DNA of 64,000 nt, taken from contig DATBZA010000137.1 of NCBI GenBank assembly GCA_036513415.1, positions 17,593 through 81,592 on the forward strand, in the 5' to 3' direction. Below the pieces are notes generated by a model. It ran no database searches. It was not told the DNA's origin and saw only the letters and a list, made by a program, of their open reading frames with translations. The position numbers and the translations under genes are program-made. This DNA is from Myxococcales bacterium (lineage in GTDB: Bacteria > Myxococcota > Myxococcia > Myxococcales > 40CM-4-68-19). How positions within the stretch are numbered: position 1 is the first letter of the stretch; every line of letters begins with the position of its first letter. Positions 40,999-49,084 of the stretch are shown here, piece by piece.

Positions 40999-41466
40999 AT
41001 GAAAGGCGACAAGCAGATCGTCTCGCTGCTCAACGACGTGCTGACGGCCGAGCTGACCGCGGTCAACCAGTACTTCCTCCACGCCCGCCTCTGCCACCAC
41101 TGGGGATATGGCCGCCTCTACGAGAAAGTGCGCAAGGAGAGCATCGAGGAGATGAAGCACGCTGACGAGCTGATCGAGCGCATCCTGTACCTGGAAGGGC
41201 TGCCAAACCTACAACGGTACGGCAAGGTCAGCGTCGGCCAGACGGTCCCCGAGCAGTTCCAGCTCGATCTGGAGGTCGAGTACGAGTCGGTGAAGCGGCT
41301 CAACGCGGGCGTCGAGGCCTGCCGCACCGCCGGCGACAACGGCACCCGGGACTTGCTCGAGCGCCTCCTCCACGAGGAGGAAGCGCACGTCGATTGGCTC
41401 GAGACGCAGCAAGAGACCATCAAGCAGATCGGTCTCGAGCGGTACCTTTCCGAGCAACTCAAGTAG
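40999..41466 (+). CDS. bfr: Bacterioferritin
   Basis: [44 protein letters not shown] (Met haem ligand), and ferroxidase Glu/His residues. Confidence 0.96.
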   Translation: MKGDKQIVSLLNDVLTAELTAVNQYFLHARLCHHWGYGRLYEKVRKESIEEMKHADELIERILYLEGLPNLQRYGKVSVGQTVPEQFQLDLEVEYESVKRLNAGVEACRTAGDNGTRDLLERLLHEEEAHVDWLETQQETIKQIGLERYLSEQLK

Positions 41467-41695
41467 ACTGCTGCTTCAGATCAAACGCCGAGCACGCAGT
41501 AAACTGCTGCTTCAGATCAAACGCCGAGCACGCAGAGCACGCCGAGGCGGATAAGTAGTCTCGAGAAATCGTTTTTTTGGGGTGGTTGGTGCCAGCTCCG
41601 ACCGGTCGGAGCAACTCCGGAACGTCGCGGTTGGCGAGATGATCACACCCCCCAACCCTCGGCGTGCTCGGCGTGCTCGGCGTTTGATCTGAAGC
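41467..41695. repeat. MITE-like element copy B (inverted relative to copy A), with a 36-bp tandem duplication of its left end
   Basis: TIRs at 41515-41546 and 41658-41689. The 36-bp units 41463-41498 and 41499-41534 are 35/36 identical. The element fills the whole gap between the convergent bfr and atpF genes. Confidence 0.7.
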
Positions 41696-41696
41696 C

Positions 41697-42209
41697 TTAA
41701 ACGCGCGTTTCTTTGGGGAGCTGGGAGAGGTACTCCTCGACGAGTTGCTTTTGCTTGCCGTCGTCCATGTTCATCTGGACGAGGCGGCCGGCGGCCTCGA
41801 TGGCGATGTCCACCGCTTGCGCGCGCAGTTCCGCGAGGGCCTGCCGCTTCTCTTCGGAGATGGTCTTGCGCGCGGCTGCGAGCAGCTCATCGCTCTGCTT
41901 CTTCGCCGCAGCGATCAGCTCCGCCTTCGCGGCTGCCACTTCCAGCTGGTTCTTGCGCACGAGCTCGGCCGACTCCTCTCGCGCCCGCTCCAGAGCGGCC
42001 CGCATCTCCGCGCTGGCCGCCTCCGCCGCTGCCCGCTCCCTCTTCGCAGCCTCGATTGCCTCGGCGATGGTCTTCTCGCGCGTCTCGATCATCTGGAGGA
42101 TGGGCCCCCAGGCGAACTTGCCGAGCACCACGATGAGCAGCGCGAAGGTGACGAACGTCCAGAAGCTCAACGCGAAGTTGATGTCGGTGAGGCCTGCTGC
42201 GAGGAGCAT
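41697..42209 (-). CDS. atpF: F0F1 ATP synthase subunit b
   Basis: N-terminal TM helix (FWTFVTFALLIVVLGKFAWGPI) followed by a long charged Ala/Glu-rich helix. Confidence 0.9.
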   Translation of the reverse strand: MLLAAGLTDINFALSFWTFVTFALLIVVLGKFAWGPILQMIETREKTIAEAIEAAKRERAAAEAASAEMRAALERAREESAELVRKNQLEVAAAKAELIAAAKKQSDELLAAARKTISEEKRQALAELRAQAVDIAIEAAGRLVQMNMDDGKQKQLVEEYLSQLPKETRV

Positions 42210-42270
42210 CTGCGGTTCCTCCGTGAAACCGGGGGCCTTGTATCACAGGCCCCCGTCCGGCGTTCGAGGG

Positions 42271-42501
42271 TCAGACCTTGACGGCGAGAATGATGCAAAC
42301 CACCTCTGCGAACAGCGTGACGCCTTCGATCAGCGCCGCCGCGATGATCATCGAGGTGCGGATGTCGCCGCCAGCGGAGGGCTGGCGGGCGGTCCCTTCC
42401 ATGGCCGCGGCGGCGAGCCGGCCGATGCCGAAGCCGGCGCCGAGGACGGCGAGGCCGGCCCCGATTCCTGCGGCGAAGTACCCGAGCGAGAACTGGTTCA
42501 T
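42271..42501 (-). CDS. atpE: F0F1 ATP synthase subunit c
   Basis: 76-aa hairpin, RQP loop, and carboxylate in AAALIEGVTLFA. Confidence 0.93.
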   Translation of the reverse strand: MNQFSLGYFAAGIGAGLAVLGAGFGIGRLAAAAMEGTARQPSAGGDIRTSMIIAAALIEGVTLFAEVVCIILAVKV

Positions 42502-42629
42502 GGTTCAACCTCCCCACTTCATGAATGCCAAGAGCCCCGGCGGCGGGGAGTGGCATGTTGTCGCGGGGTATGGACCCGAGGCCGCCAGAAGCCCAGCCCG
42601 CGAAGTCGGGAGCCGACGGCTCCCGGCTC

Positions 42630-43577
42630 CTAGTGCGCGTGTTGCGTCATGCCGATGAACAGCGCGGAAAGCATCGTGAACACGTAGGCCTGCACCAGCG
42701 CGACGAACAGCTCCAGCATGAAGATGCCGAGCGCGAAAGCGACGCTCACCGGCGCCACGTACACCGAGATGAACAGCGTCAGCGCGATGAGGAAGAAGAT
42801 GACGATGTGCCCGGCCACCATGTTGGCGAAGAGGCGGACCGTCAGCGCGAACGGCTTGGTGAACAGGCCGAACAGCTCGATCACGAACATGAGCGGCCAG
42901 AGCGCGGCCGGCACGCCGGAAGGCACCAGGTGCACCCAGTAACCCACCACGCCCTGAGCCCGCATCCCGGCGACCTGGGTGATGACGAAGGTGAAGAGGG
43001 CCAGCACCACGGTCACCGAGATGTTGCCGGTGGCGGTGGAGATGCCCGGGAATCCCCGCCAGCGCGGGATGGGCAAGAGTCCGGTCAGGTTCATGAACAG
43101 GATGAAGAAGAACGCCGAGCAGAGATAGGGCGTGTAGAGGTTCGCGTGATGGCCGATGTTCTTGGTGGAGATCTCGTCCCGGATGAACATCACGAACGTC
43201 TCGAGCAGGTTGTACCCGCCCTTCGGGATCAGGGCTCGCTTGCGGGTGGCGAGCCCGACCACGATCAACAAGATGCCCGCCGCGAGCCACATGTTGATGA
43301 CGTGCTTGGTGATGTCCAGGCGGATGTAGCGATTGCCGATCCAGAATCCCAGCGGCACCACCCGCTCGTCCTCGACGTGATGAAAGATGTGCTCGGCGAT
43401 GTTGCCCTCGTGCTCGTTCGCGCCCTGGTCGTGCTCCGGCTTGTGGGCGCCGGGGGCCACCTCCTGATGGCCCGCATGCTCGTTGGCTGCGGGAGAGGAG
43501 TCCGCCACCGGCGTTCCCTGCCGGTGTGCCTCCGGCTGCGCCTGGGCGACGAGGACCGTCGCGAGGAGGAGGATCAT
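42630..43577 (-). CDS. atpB: F0F1 ATP synthase subunit a with His-rich N-terminal extension
   Basis: Essential Arg in LTVRLFANMVAGH. The N-terminal ~70 aa carry a signal-like segment plus 9 His. Confidence 0.92.
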   Translation of the reverse strand: MILLLATVLVAQAQPEAHRQGTPVADSSPAANEHAGHQEVAPGAHKPEHDQGANEHEGNIAEHIFHHVEDERVVPLGFWIGNRYIRLDITKHVINMWLAAGILLIVVGLATRKRALIPKGGYNLLETFVMFIRDEISTKNIGHHANLYTPYLCSAFFFILFMNLTGLLPIPRWRGFPGISTATGNISVTVVLALFTFVITQVAGMRAQGVVGYWVHLVPSGVPAALWPLMFVIELFGLFTKPFALTVRLFANMVAGHIVIFFLIALTLFISVYVAPVSVAFALGIFMLELFVALVQAYVFTMLSALFIGMTQHAH

Positions 43578-43960
43578 GGAGTGGCTCCCTGCGGCCGCGA
43601 GCTGGCGTGCACGAACAGCACTTCGATCACCTGGGTCGCGGCGTAGAGGGTGAAGAAAGCGGCGACATATACCAGGGCCAGATTACCCCGCGCTCCCGAG
43701 GCGAGAAGGCCCGCGGCTACCAGTGCCGCCCGACACAGAAATCCAATGGAAAACCCGGTCAGTACGCCGTTGACGCCCTTCCCGGCCGCGCGCGCGAGCG
43801 CTGCGAAGGCGCAGAGCGCTCCCAATGCCCCGGCTGCCGTGCCGTACACGGCGGGACCGCGGGCAGGCTCCGGCAAGAGAAGCGAGAAGCCGATCCCCAG
43901 AGCGCACGCGGCCGCGCTGGCCATCGCGTAAGGGCCGGCCTTGGTCCTCGTCTCGCTCAC
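43574..43960 (-). CDS. atpI: ATP synthase protein I-like small membrane protein
   Basis: Hydrophobic, ~4 TM. ATGA overlap with atpB. Putative GTG start forms a GTGA overlap with the atpZ stop; ATG at 43924 is an alternative. Confidence 0.65.
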   Translation of the reverse strand: MSETRTKAGPYAMASAAACALGIGFSLLLPEPARGPAVYGTAAGALGALCAFAALARAAGKGVNGVLTGFSIGFLCRAALVAAGLLASGARGNLALVYVAAFFTLYAATQVIEVLFVHASSRPQGATP

Positions 43961-44217
43961 TTCGGTCTCTTGCTCAGATTCATCAGGATCTTGAAGAACA
44001 TGTAGAAACCGACGCCGATCCCAAGCAGCGCCCCGGATACCAGCAGCCAGGGACCGGTGGAAAGCTTCTTGTCCAGCCACCATCCGGCGAGGGTGCCCAG
44101 CCCGACCGCGCCGGCGAGTTGCCAGCTGGCGTCGATGTAGGGCCCCGCCTTCCGGTACGAGGAGGCGATGCCCTCGCCGACTCCTTCCGGACGCTCGTTC
44201 TGTTCCTTGCCGGCCAC
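43957..44217 (-). CDS. atpZ: AtpZ/AtpI-family small membrane protein (ATPase_gene1-like)
   Basis: 86 aa. YIDASWQLAGAVGLGTLAGWWLDKKL...WLLVSGALLGIGVGFY is typical of the family. First gene of the F0 operon. Confidence 0.75.
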   Translation of the reverse strand: MAGKEQNERPEGVGEGIASSYRKAGPYIDASWQLAGAVGLGTLAGWWLDKKLSTGPWLLVSGALLGIGVGFYMFFKILMNLSKRPK

Positions 44218-44261
44218 GTGCCCTTCCGAAAAAAGGCAGCGCCGTGTAGCACGCGCCCGGA

Positions 44262-44714
44262 GTGAGAGTCAAACGGGCTGTGTTATTGTGCTTGTCCGTG
44301 CTTCGTCCTTCCAACAGCCTGCTCGGAAGCTCGCGCGCCACGCGGCGTGCAACCCTTCGCGTCGAGCGCCTGAGAGCGCTCTCGCAGATCGTGCGCTTTT
44401 TCAAGGGCGTGATCGTGCGGCTCGTCACCATGCTCGTGGATCTCGTTTTGCTCTGGCTCCTCCCCTTCGCATATCTGGCCGCCGCGTACCTGGCCCTGGA
44501 CATTCCGGCCCGCTGGCTCGCGCGTCGCGACGCCTACGGCAGATGGGGGCTCCTCATGTTCGCAGCCGCGGTCGCCGTCGAGCTGCTCGGCATCGCGCGC
44601 GCCAGGCGCGACGCCCCACCGATCGCGCCGGTGCGGCCCAAGTTCGCCAAGGTCATGCTCGGCCTGTCCTGGGTCGCAGCCGTTCTCTTCACCATCGGCG
44701 ATCTCGCTTCCTAG
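44262..44714 (+). CDS. Hypothetical small membrane protein
   Basis: The C-terminal ~95 aa contain 3 hydrophobic helices. The true start may be internal (ATG at 44430). Confidence 0.45.
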   Translation: MRVKRAVLLCLSVLRPSNSLLGSSRATRRATLRVERLRALSQIVRFFKGVIVRLVTMLVDLVLLWLLPFAYLAAAYLALDIPARWLARRDAYGRWGLLMFAAAVAVELLGIARARRDAPPIAPVRPKFAKVMLGLSWVAAVLFTIGDLAS

Positions 44715-44827
44715 CCCCGGCCGCCGCAGGCGGCTCAGGGGCTACGCTTGAGCCTCAGACAAGGCCGGCCACCGCAGGCGGCTCAGGGGCTTGTGCCTCA
44801 GACACGGCCGGCCGTCAGGGGCTACGC
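44715..44827. repeat. REP-like tandem array (about 2.5 units of ~43 bp)
   Basis: GGCCGCCGCAGGCGGCTCAGGGGCTACGCTTGAGCCTCAGACA, then GGCCGGCCACCGCAGGCGGCTCAGGGGCTTGTGCCTCAGACA, then a partial unit. Each unit holds GCCGCC...GGCGGC and GGCTCA...TGAGCC stems. Confidence 0.75.
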
Positions 44828-46114
44828 AGCGAGCGCGGCGCGAAGCGCCCGGGCCGTCTCCTCGATCTCCTGCGCCCCGTGCTCGCTGGAGACGAACGCG
44901 GCCTCGAACTGCGATGGCGGCAGGTACACGCCGCGCTCGAGCAACGCGCGATGCAGGCGTCCGAAATGCGCCGTATCGGCCTTCTTTGCCGTCGGGTAGT
45001 CGTAGACCTCGTCCCGGGCGAGGAAGCAGGTCCACATCGAGCCGACCTGGTTCACCTGGCCTGCCACCCCGGCCCGACCGAGCTCCTCCCGGATCCGCGC
45101 GCAGAGCTCCTGCGTGCGCCGCTCGACGGACTCGACGAAGCCAGGCTGCGCGACGAGCTCGAGCATGGCGATCCCGCCCGCCATCGCCAGCGGATTCCCG
45201 GAGAGCGTTCCCGCCTGGTAGATGGGCCCCTCGGGCGCCACCCGGTCCATCACCTCCTCGCGGCCCCCGTACGCGCCGACCGGGAGCCCTCCCCCGATGA
45301 CCTTCCCCAGGCAAGTGAGGTCCGGCTCGATTCCGAACCGCTCCTGCGCGCCGCCACGCGCGACGCGGAAGCCGGTCATCACCTCGTCGCAGATGAAGAG
45401 CGCTCCGGCCCTCCGCGACTCCTCCTGGAGTACCTCGAGGAAACCCGGCCGTGGCAGGAGCACGCCCATGTTACCCACCACGGGCTCGATGATCGCCGCG
45501 GCCGTCTCGCGGCCCGCGGGTCCGCGGAAGTAGTCGCGGACGGCTCCGGCGTCGTTGTAAGGCAACACCGTCGTGAGCGCCGCCAGCGCCTTCGGAACTC
45601 CGGGCGAGTCCGGAAGGCCCAGCGTTTCCACGCCCGACCCGGCTCGGACCAGCAGCGCATCCGTCGCGCCGTGGAAGCAGCCCTCGAACTTGACGACGCG
45701 CTCGCGCCCGGTAAACCCACGGGCGACGCGCAGTGCCGACTGCGTCGCTTCCGTGCCGGAATTCACGAAGCGCAGCTTTCGCATGGAGGGCACGAGGGCG
45801 CGGACCTTCTCCGCCAGGACGCTTTCCCGCACGGTCGGCGCGCCGAAGCTCGTGCCCAGCGCCGCCGCCTGCTGGATGGCCTCGACGATGCGCGGATGCG
45901 CGTGCCCTGCGAGCAGCGGTCCCCAGGAGAGCACGTAGTCCAGGTACGCGTTTCCGTCCTCGTCGTAGAGGCGCGCTTTCTCTCCGCGCGCGATGAAGAC
46001 GGGATCCCCTCCCACGCCGTTGAAAGCGCGGACCGGCGAATTCACCCCTCCGGGGAAGAGGCCTCTTGCGCGCGCGAGCTCGCGGCGCGACTTCTCGGTG
46101 TTCAGCGACGACAT
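44822..46114 (-). CDS. hemL: Glutamate-1-semialdehyde 2,1-aminomutase
   Basis: [10 protein letters not shown], class-III aminotransferase core, PLP-Lys context CLGKVIGGG. Start at MSSLNTEK (46114). Confidence 0.95.
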   Translation of the reverse strand: MSSLNTEKSRRELARARGLFPGGVNSPVRAFNGVGGDPVFIARGEKARLYDEDGNAYLDYVLSWGPLLAGHAHPRIVEAIQQAAALGTSFGAPTVRESVLAEKVRALVPSMRKLRFVNSGTEATQSALRVARGFTGRERVVKFEGCFHGATDALLVRAGSGVETLGLPDSPGVPKALAALTTVLPYNDAGAVRDYFRGPAGRETAAAIIEPVVGNMGVLLPRPGFLEVLQEESRRAGALFICDEVMTGFRVARGGAQERFGIEPDLTCLGKVIGGGLPVGAYGGREEVMDRVAPEGPIYQAGTLSGNPLAMAGGIAMLELVAQPGFVESVERRTQELCARIREELGRAGVAGQVNQVGSMWTCFLARDEVYDYPTAKKADTAHFGRLHRALLERGVYLPPSQFEAAFVSSEHGAQEIEETARALRAALAA

Positions 46115-46575
46115 GGCGGGCAGGGATCTAGCGCCCCCGCCGGCCACGGTAAAGCGCCACGGCTATGAGCTGGGCTGGGCTAGTTCCTGGGCTAGTCCGC
46201 CAGCGACAGGAGGGCTCGCTCGTGATCATCCGCCCTAGCATCAAATAGTCTCTCGCCCCTTCCTGTTTGCGGCGCGCTGATTGTGCGAGCGAGTGTCGCG
46301 CGAGCACGTTTGTTGTCTGTGTTCCTTCCCTCACTCAGTCAAACCAGTGCGGGGCGCGGTGTGCGGTGTGTCGACTCAGGAAGCCGCGCGCAGATAGCCG
46401 ACGGGGTGCGTGGCCCTCGCGCCGACGGATCAGAAAGCACACGACGCGCAGAATGCGCCGCCCCGTGTCTCTCGCTTCACGTGAAGTGTCTCGCCAGCGG
46501 GCTCGCTTTCTGCGGCGGCGGCGCAGGGCCATGCAGCCCGGCGGCGTCTCAGCGAACGATACTGGAAGCGTCAGC

Positions 46576-47436
46576 TTAATGCTGCGAGGTGCGCCCTTGC
46601 GCGTATCCGCGATCCCACACGGCCTTCGTGTTGCGCGGATTCACCGGGCTGCCGCGCAGCAGGCGGCGCTCTGCGCGCTCGAGGGCGAACTGTACGGCGT
46701 CGGGGGAGTCGTGCCGCGGGAGCGCGTCGGTATATGCCTTGACGGCGGCCTCGTCGTTGCCAGTCTCGGCCAGGCAGTTGCCCTTCTCGAACAGCGCTTC
46801 CGCGCCCTTCTGCGTACCGTGATACTTCCGCTCCACGGCGTCGTATGCGGCGATTGCGTCCTGATGCCGTCCGGAGAGGTGATAGCTCGATGCGGAGAGA
46901 AGCGCGGCGGCAGGGGCGAGCTTCGACCTGGGCCATCGCCGCTGCAGCTCGGAGGCGGCCGCGCGGGCGTCGTGGAACTGGCCCTGGTCGAGGAGCGCCC
47001 GCGCGATCTTCATCTGGGCGGCGTCCGCGCCGGGCCGGTCGGGAGCGGTGGCCACTTGATCGCGCCAGGCCTCGAGGGCGCCCTTCACGTTCCCGATCCG
47101 CATGTCGAGATCGCCGAGCCGCACGCGGGCCTCGAACGCTTCGGCCGAAGTCGGGTACCGCTTGACCAGCTCGCGGTACTCGGAGGCGGCGCAGCGTGGA
47201 TCGTCGAGATACACCGCGCAGAGATCGCCCGCGAGCTTGAGCGTGCCACGCCGGACGGCGTCCACCTTCTGTCCCTGCTCGTCGCGCAGCGTGAGCAGGA
47301 TGGCGCGGGTTTCCAGCAGCGCGGTCTTGTGGTGGCCGGCCAGCGCGAGGTCCCGCGCGTGCTGCAGCCGTGCTTGAGGACGCCCGCAGGCTGCGAGCAT
47401 CGCTGCCATCGTCGCGAGGAAGATCGTTCGCGTCAC
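46576..47436 (-). CDS. TPR-repeat lipoprotein
   Basis: Lipobox AAMLAAC after a GTG start (TRTIFLATMAAMLAAC). Repeated helical TPR-like units (AEALFEKGNCLAETGNDEAAVKAY...). Confidence 0.7.
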   Translation of the reverse strand: MTRTIFLATMAAMLAACGRPQARLQHARDLALAGHHKTALLETRAILLTLRDEQGQKVDAVRRGTLKLAGDLCAVYLDDPRCAASEYRELVKRYPTSAEAFEARVRLGDLDMRIGNVKGALEAWRDQVATAPDRPGADAAQMKIARALLDQGQFHDARAAASELQRRWPRSKLAPAAALLSASSYHLSGRHQDAIAAYDAVERKYHGTQKGAEALFEKGNCLAETGNDEAAVKAYTDALPRHDSPDAVQFALERAERRLLRGSPVNPRNTKAVWDRGYAQGRTSQH

Positions 47437-47511
47437 GAGGAATTCGGTACCACCCCGGGGAGGGCACCGCAACGCTGGAATCGTGCGTCGGGGTGGAGCG
47501 GGGTAGGTGTT

Positions 47512-49032
47512 TCAGCGCCGGTAGCCCGGAGCCCCCAGCGCGACCGCGTGCCCGAAGGCGTCGGTCCAGAAAATCAGACCGTGCGCGATGGATGGACCGG
47601 CGTATGTCGCGATCTTGCCGTCGAAGCTGCGGAGGAGCATGCCGTCGGCGGCGTCGAGGATCTCGAGCCAGCTCGCGGTGCCGTCCGGAGCGCTCGACTC
47701 GACGGCCAGGATCTCACCGGCCGCCGCGACCGGCGCGATCACGTAGCCACGCGTCGCATGCCTCCAGAGGACGCTCCCGGTCGCCGGCTCGAAAGCGACC
47801 ACCGAGCCGGGATCGCCGCCGGGAATGGCCGTGCGCCCGCCAGCTGCGTAGAGCTTGCCGCGGGAAACAGCCGGCGTGGAGATGCTGCCCCAGCCTGCGG
47901 AAGGATCGCCGCCCTCACCGGGATTGGCGGGATCGACCACGGCGATGCGGAATTTCCAGAGCGGCCCGCTAGAGAGCCGATCGCGACGCAGCACGTAGAG
48001 GTTGCCGTCCTTGCTGGTGGCGGCGACCAGCTTCAGCCCCGCTGCATCGACGAGCGCCGGCGAGCTGCCGAAGTCGGCGTTCTCGAGCGAGGTGGGGTTC
48101 TGCCAGGAATCGACCACCTCGAGGGTGCGCGGGTCCAGCGCGAGGAACGCCTGCGCGTATGGCTCTGCGCTCGCCGGTCCAATGCGATTGCCCGTGGTTG
48201 CATAGAGGCGGTTCTCTTCTTCCGCGACGGCGATGCTGCTCCAGATGGTCCCGCCCTGCTGGCCGGCGCCTACCAGTGCCTTCGACTGTACGACGCCCGT
48301 CGCAAGGTCGACGGCGACGATGCGCCCAGCCACCTCGTCGCAGTGCGCCGAGGAGGCGACGCCGAGGTACAAGCGGCCGAGCGCGGTCGACACCGCGGGC
48401 GAGGACTGGACGAATTCGCCATGGCCAGCCGGCGTCGGATCGGCGATGCGCGCCGACCAGATCGTCTTCCCGTCCAAGGCACGGAGCGCGTACGCGTTGC
48501 CATCCGGCGATGCGGCGTAGACGACGCCGCCCACGACGGCAGCGGCCGCCCAGTACCCGGTATGCTTGGGACCTTCGCAGGCGGTAGAGACCAGTGCGGT
48601 GAGGTCTTCGCGGCGCCAGCGTTCGATCCCGGTCGCCTCGTCCACCGCGATGACCCTGCCGGTGAAGGCAGTCGTATAGACGACGATGCCCTCGGCGGCG
48701 ACGGCCTGCGTGTAGACGTACTGCTCGAGCTCCAGCGGCGTCCACGCGGCGCGTAGATTCGCGACTTCGGAAGCCGCGAACACACCCGGGTTTTCCGACG
48801 CTCCGCGCGCGTCGTGGCGGTACTGGCCCCAGTCACCGCCCCCCGGCGGGCCTGCATCGGGCGGTCCAGCGTCGGGGCCCGCGTCCGGTGCGCCGCCGTC
48901 AGGCGAGCCGCCATCCGTCGGGACCACGGCGCCGCCCCCGCCTGCATCCGTCTCAGTCCGGATCGGCGGCCCAGCGGCCGAACCGCAGCCGGCCACGCAA
49001 AGCACGATGCCGAACAGCGCGGCCCGCCCCAT
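47512..49032 (-). CDS. PQQ-like beta-propeller repeat lipoprotein
   Basis: MGRAALFGIVLCVAGCG lipobox and a D/G/P-rich linker, then repeated ..G.V.A.D..TG..LW.. propeller blades. Confidence 0.8.
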   Translation of the reverse strand: MGRAALFGIVLCVAGCGSAAGPPIRTETDAGGGGAVVPTDGGSPDGGAPDAGPDAGPPDAGPPGGGDWGQYRHDARGASENPGVFAASEVANLRAAWTPLELEQYVYTQAVAAEGIVVYTTAFTGRVIAVDEATGIERWRREDLTALVSTACEGPKHTGYWAAAAVVGGVVYAASPDGNAYALRALDGKTIWSARIADPTPAGHGEFVQSSPAVSTALGRLYLGVASSAHCDEVAGRIVAVDLATGVVQSKALVGAGQQGGTIWSSIAVAEEENRLYATTGNRIGPASAEPYAQAFLALDPRTLEVVDSWQNPTSLENADFGSSPALVDAAGLKLVAATSKDGNLYVLRRDRLSSGPLWKFRIAVVDPANPGEGGDPSAGWGSISTPAVSRGKLYAAGGRTAIPGGDPGSVVAFEPATGSVLWRHATRGYVIAPVAAAGEILAVESSAPDGTASWLEILDAADGMLLRSFDGKIATYAGPSIAHGLIFWTDAFGHAVALGAPGYRR

Positions 49033-49084
49033 CCCAGCCTCCCCTGAGGGGAAGCTGGCTAACGCCTCAGCGCCTGGCAACCCC

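Noticed and set aside
46475-46486. CTTCACGTGAAG palindrome as a possible parS site
   Set aside because: Only the central TTCACGTGAA matches the TGTTTCACGTGAAACA consensus (10/16). The flanks differ, it is ~17 kb from parAB, and it is a single occurrence.
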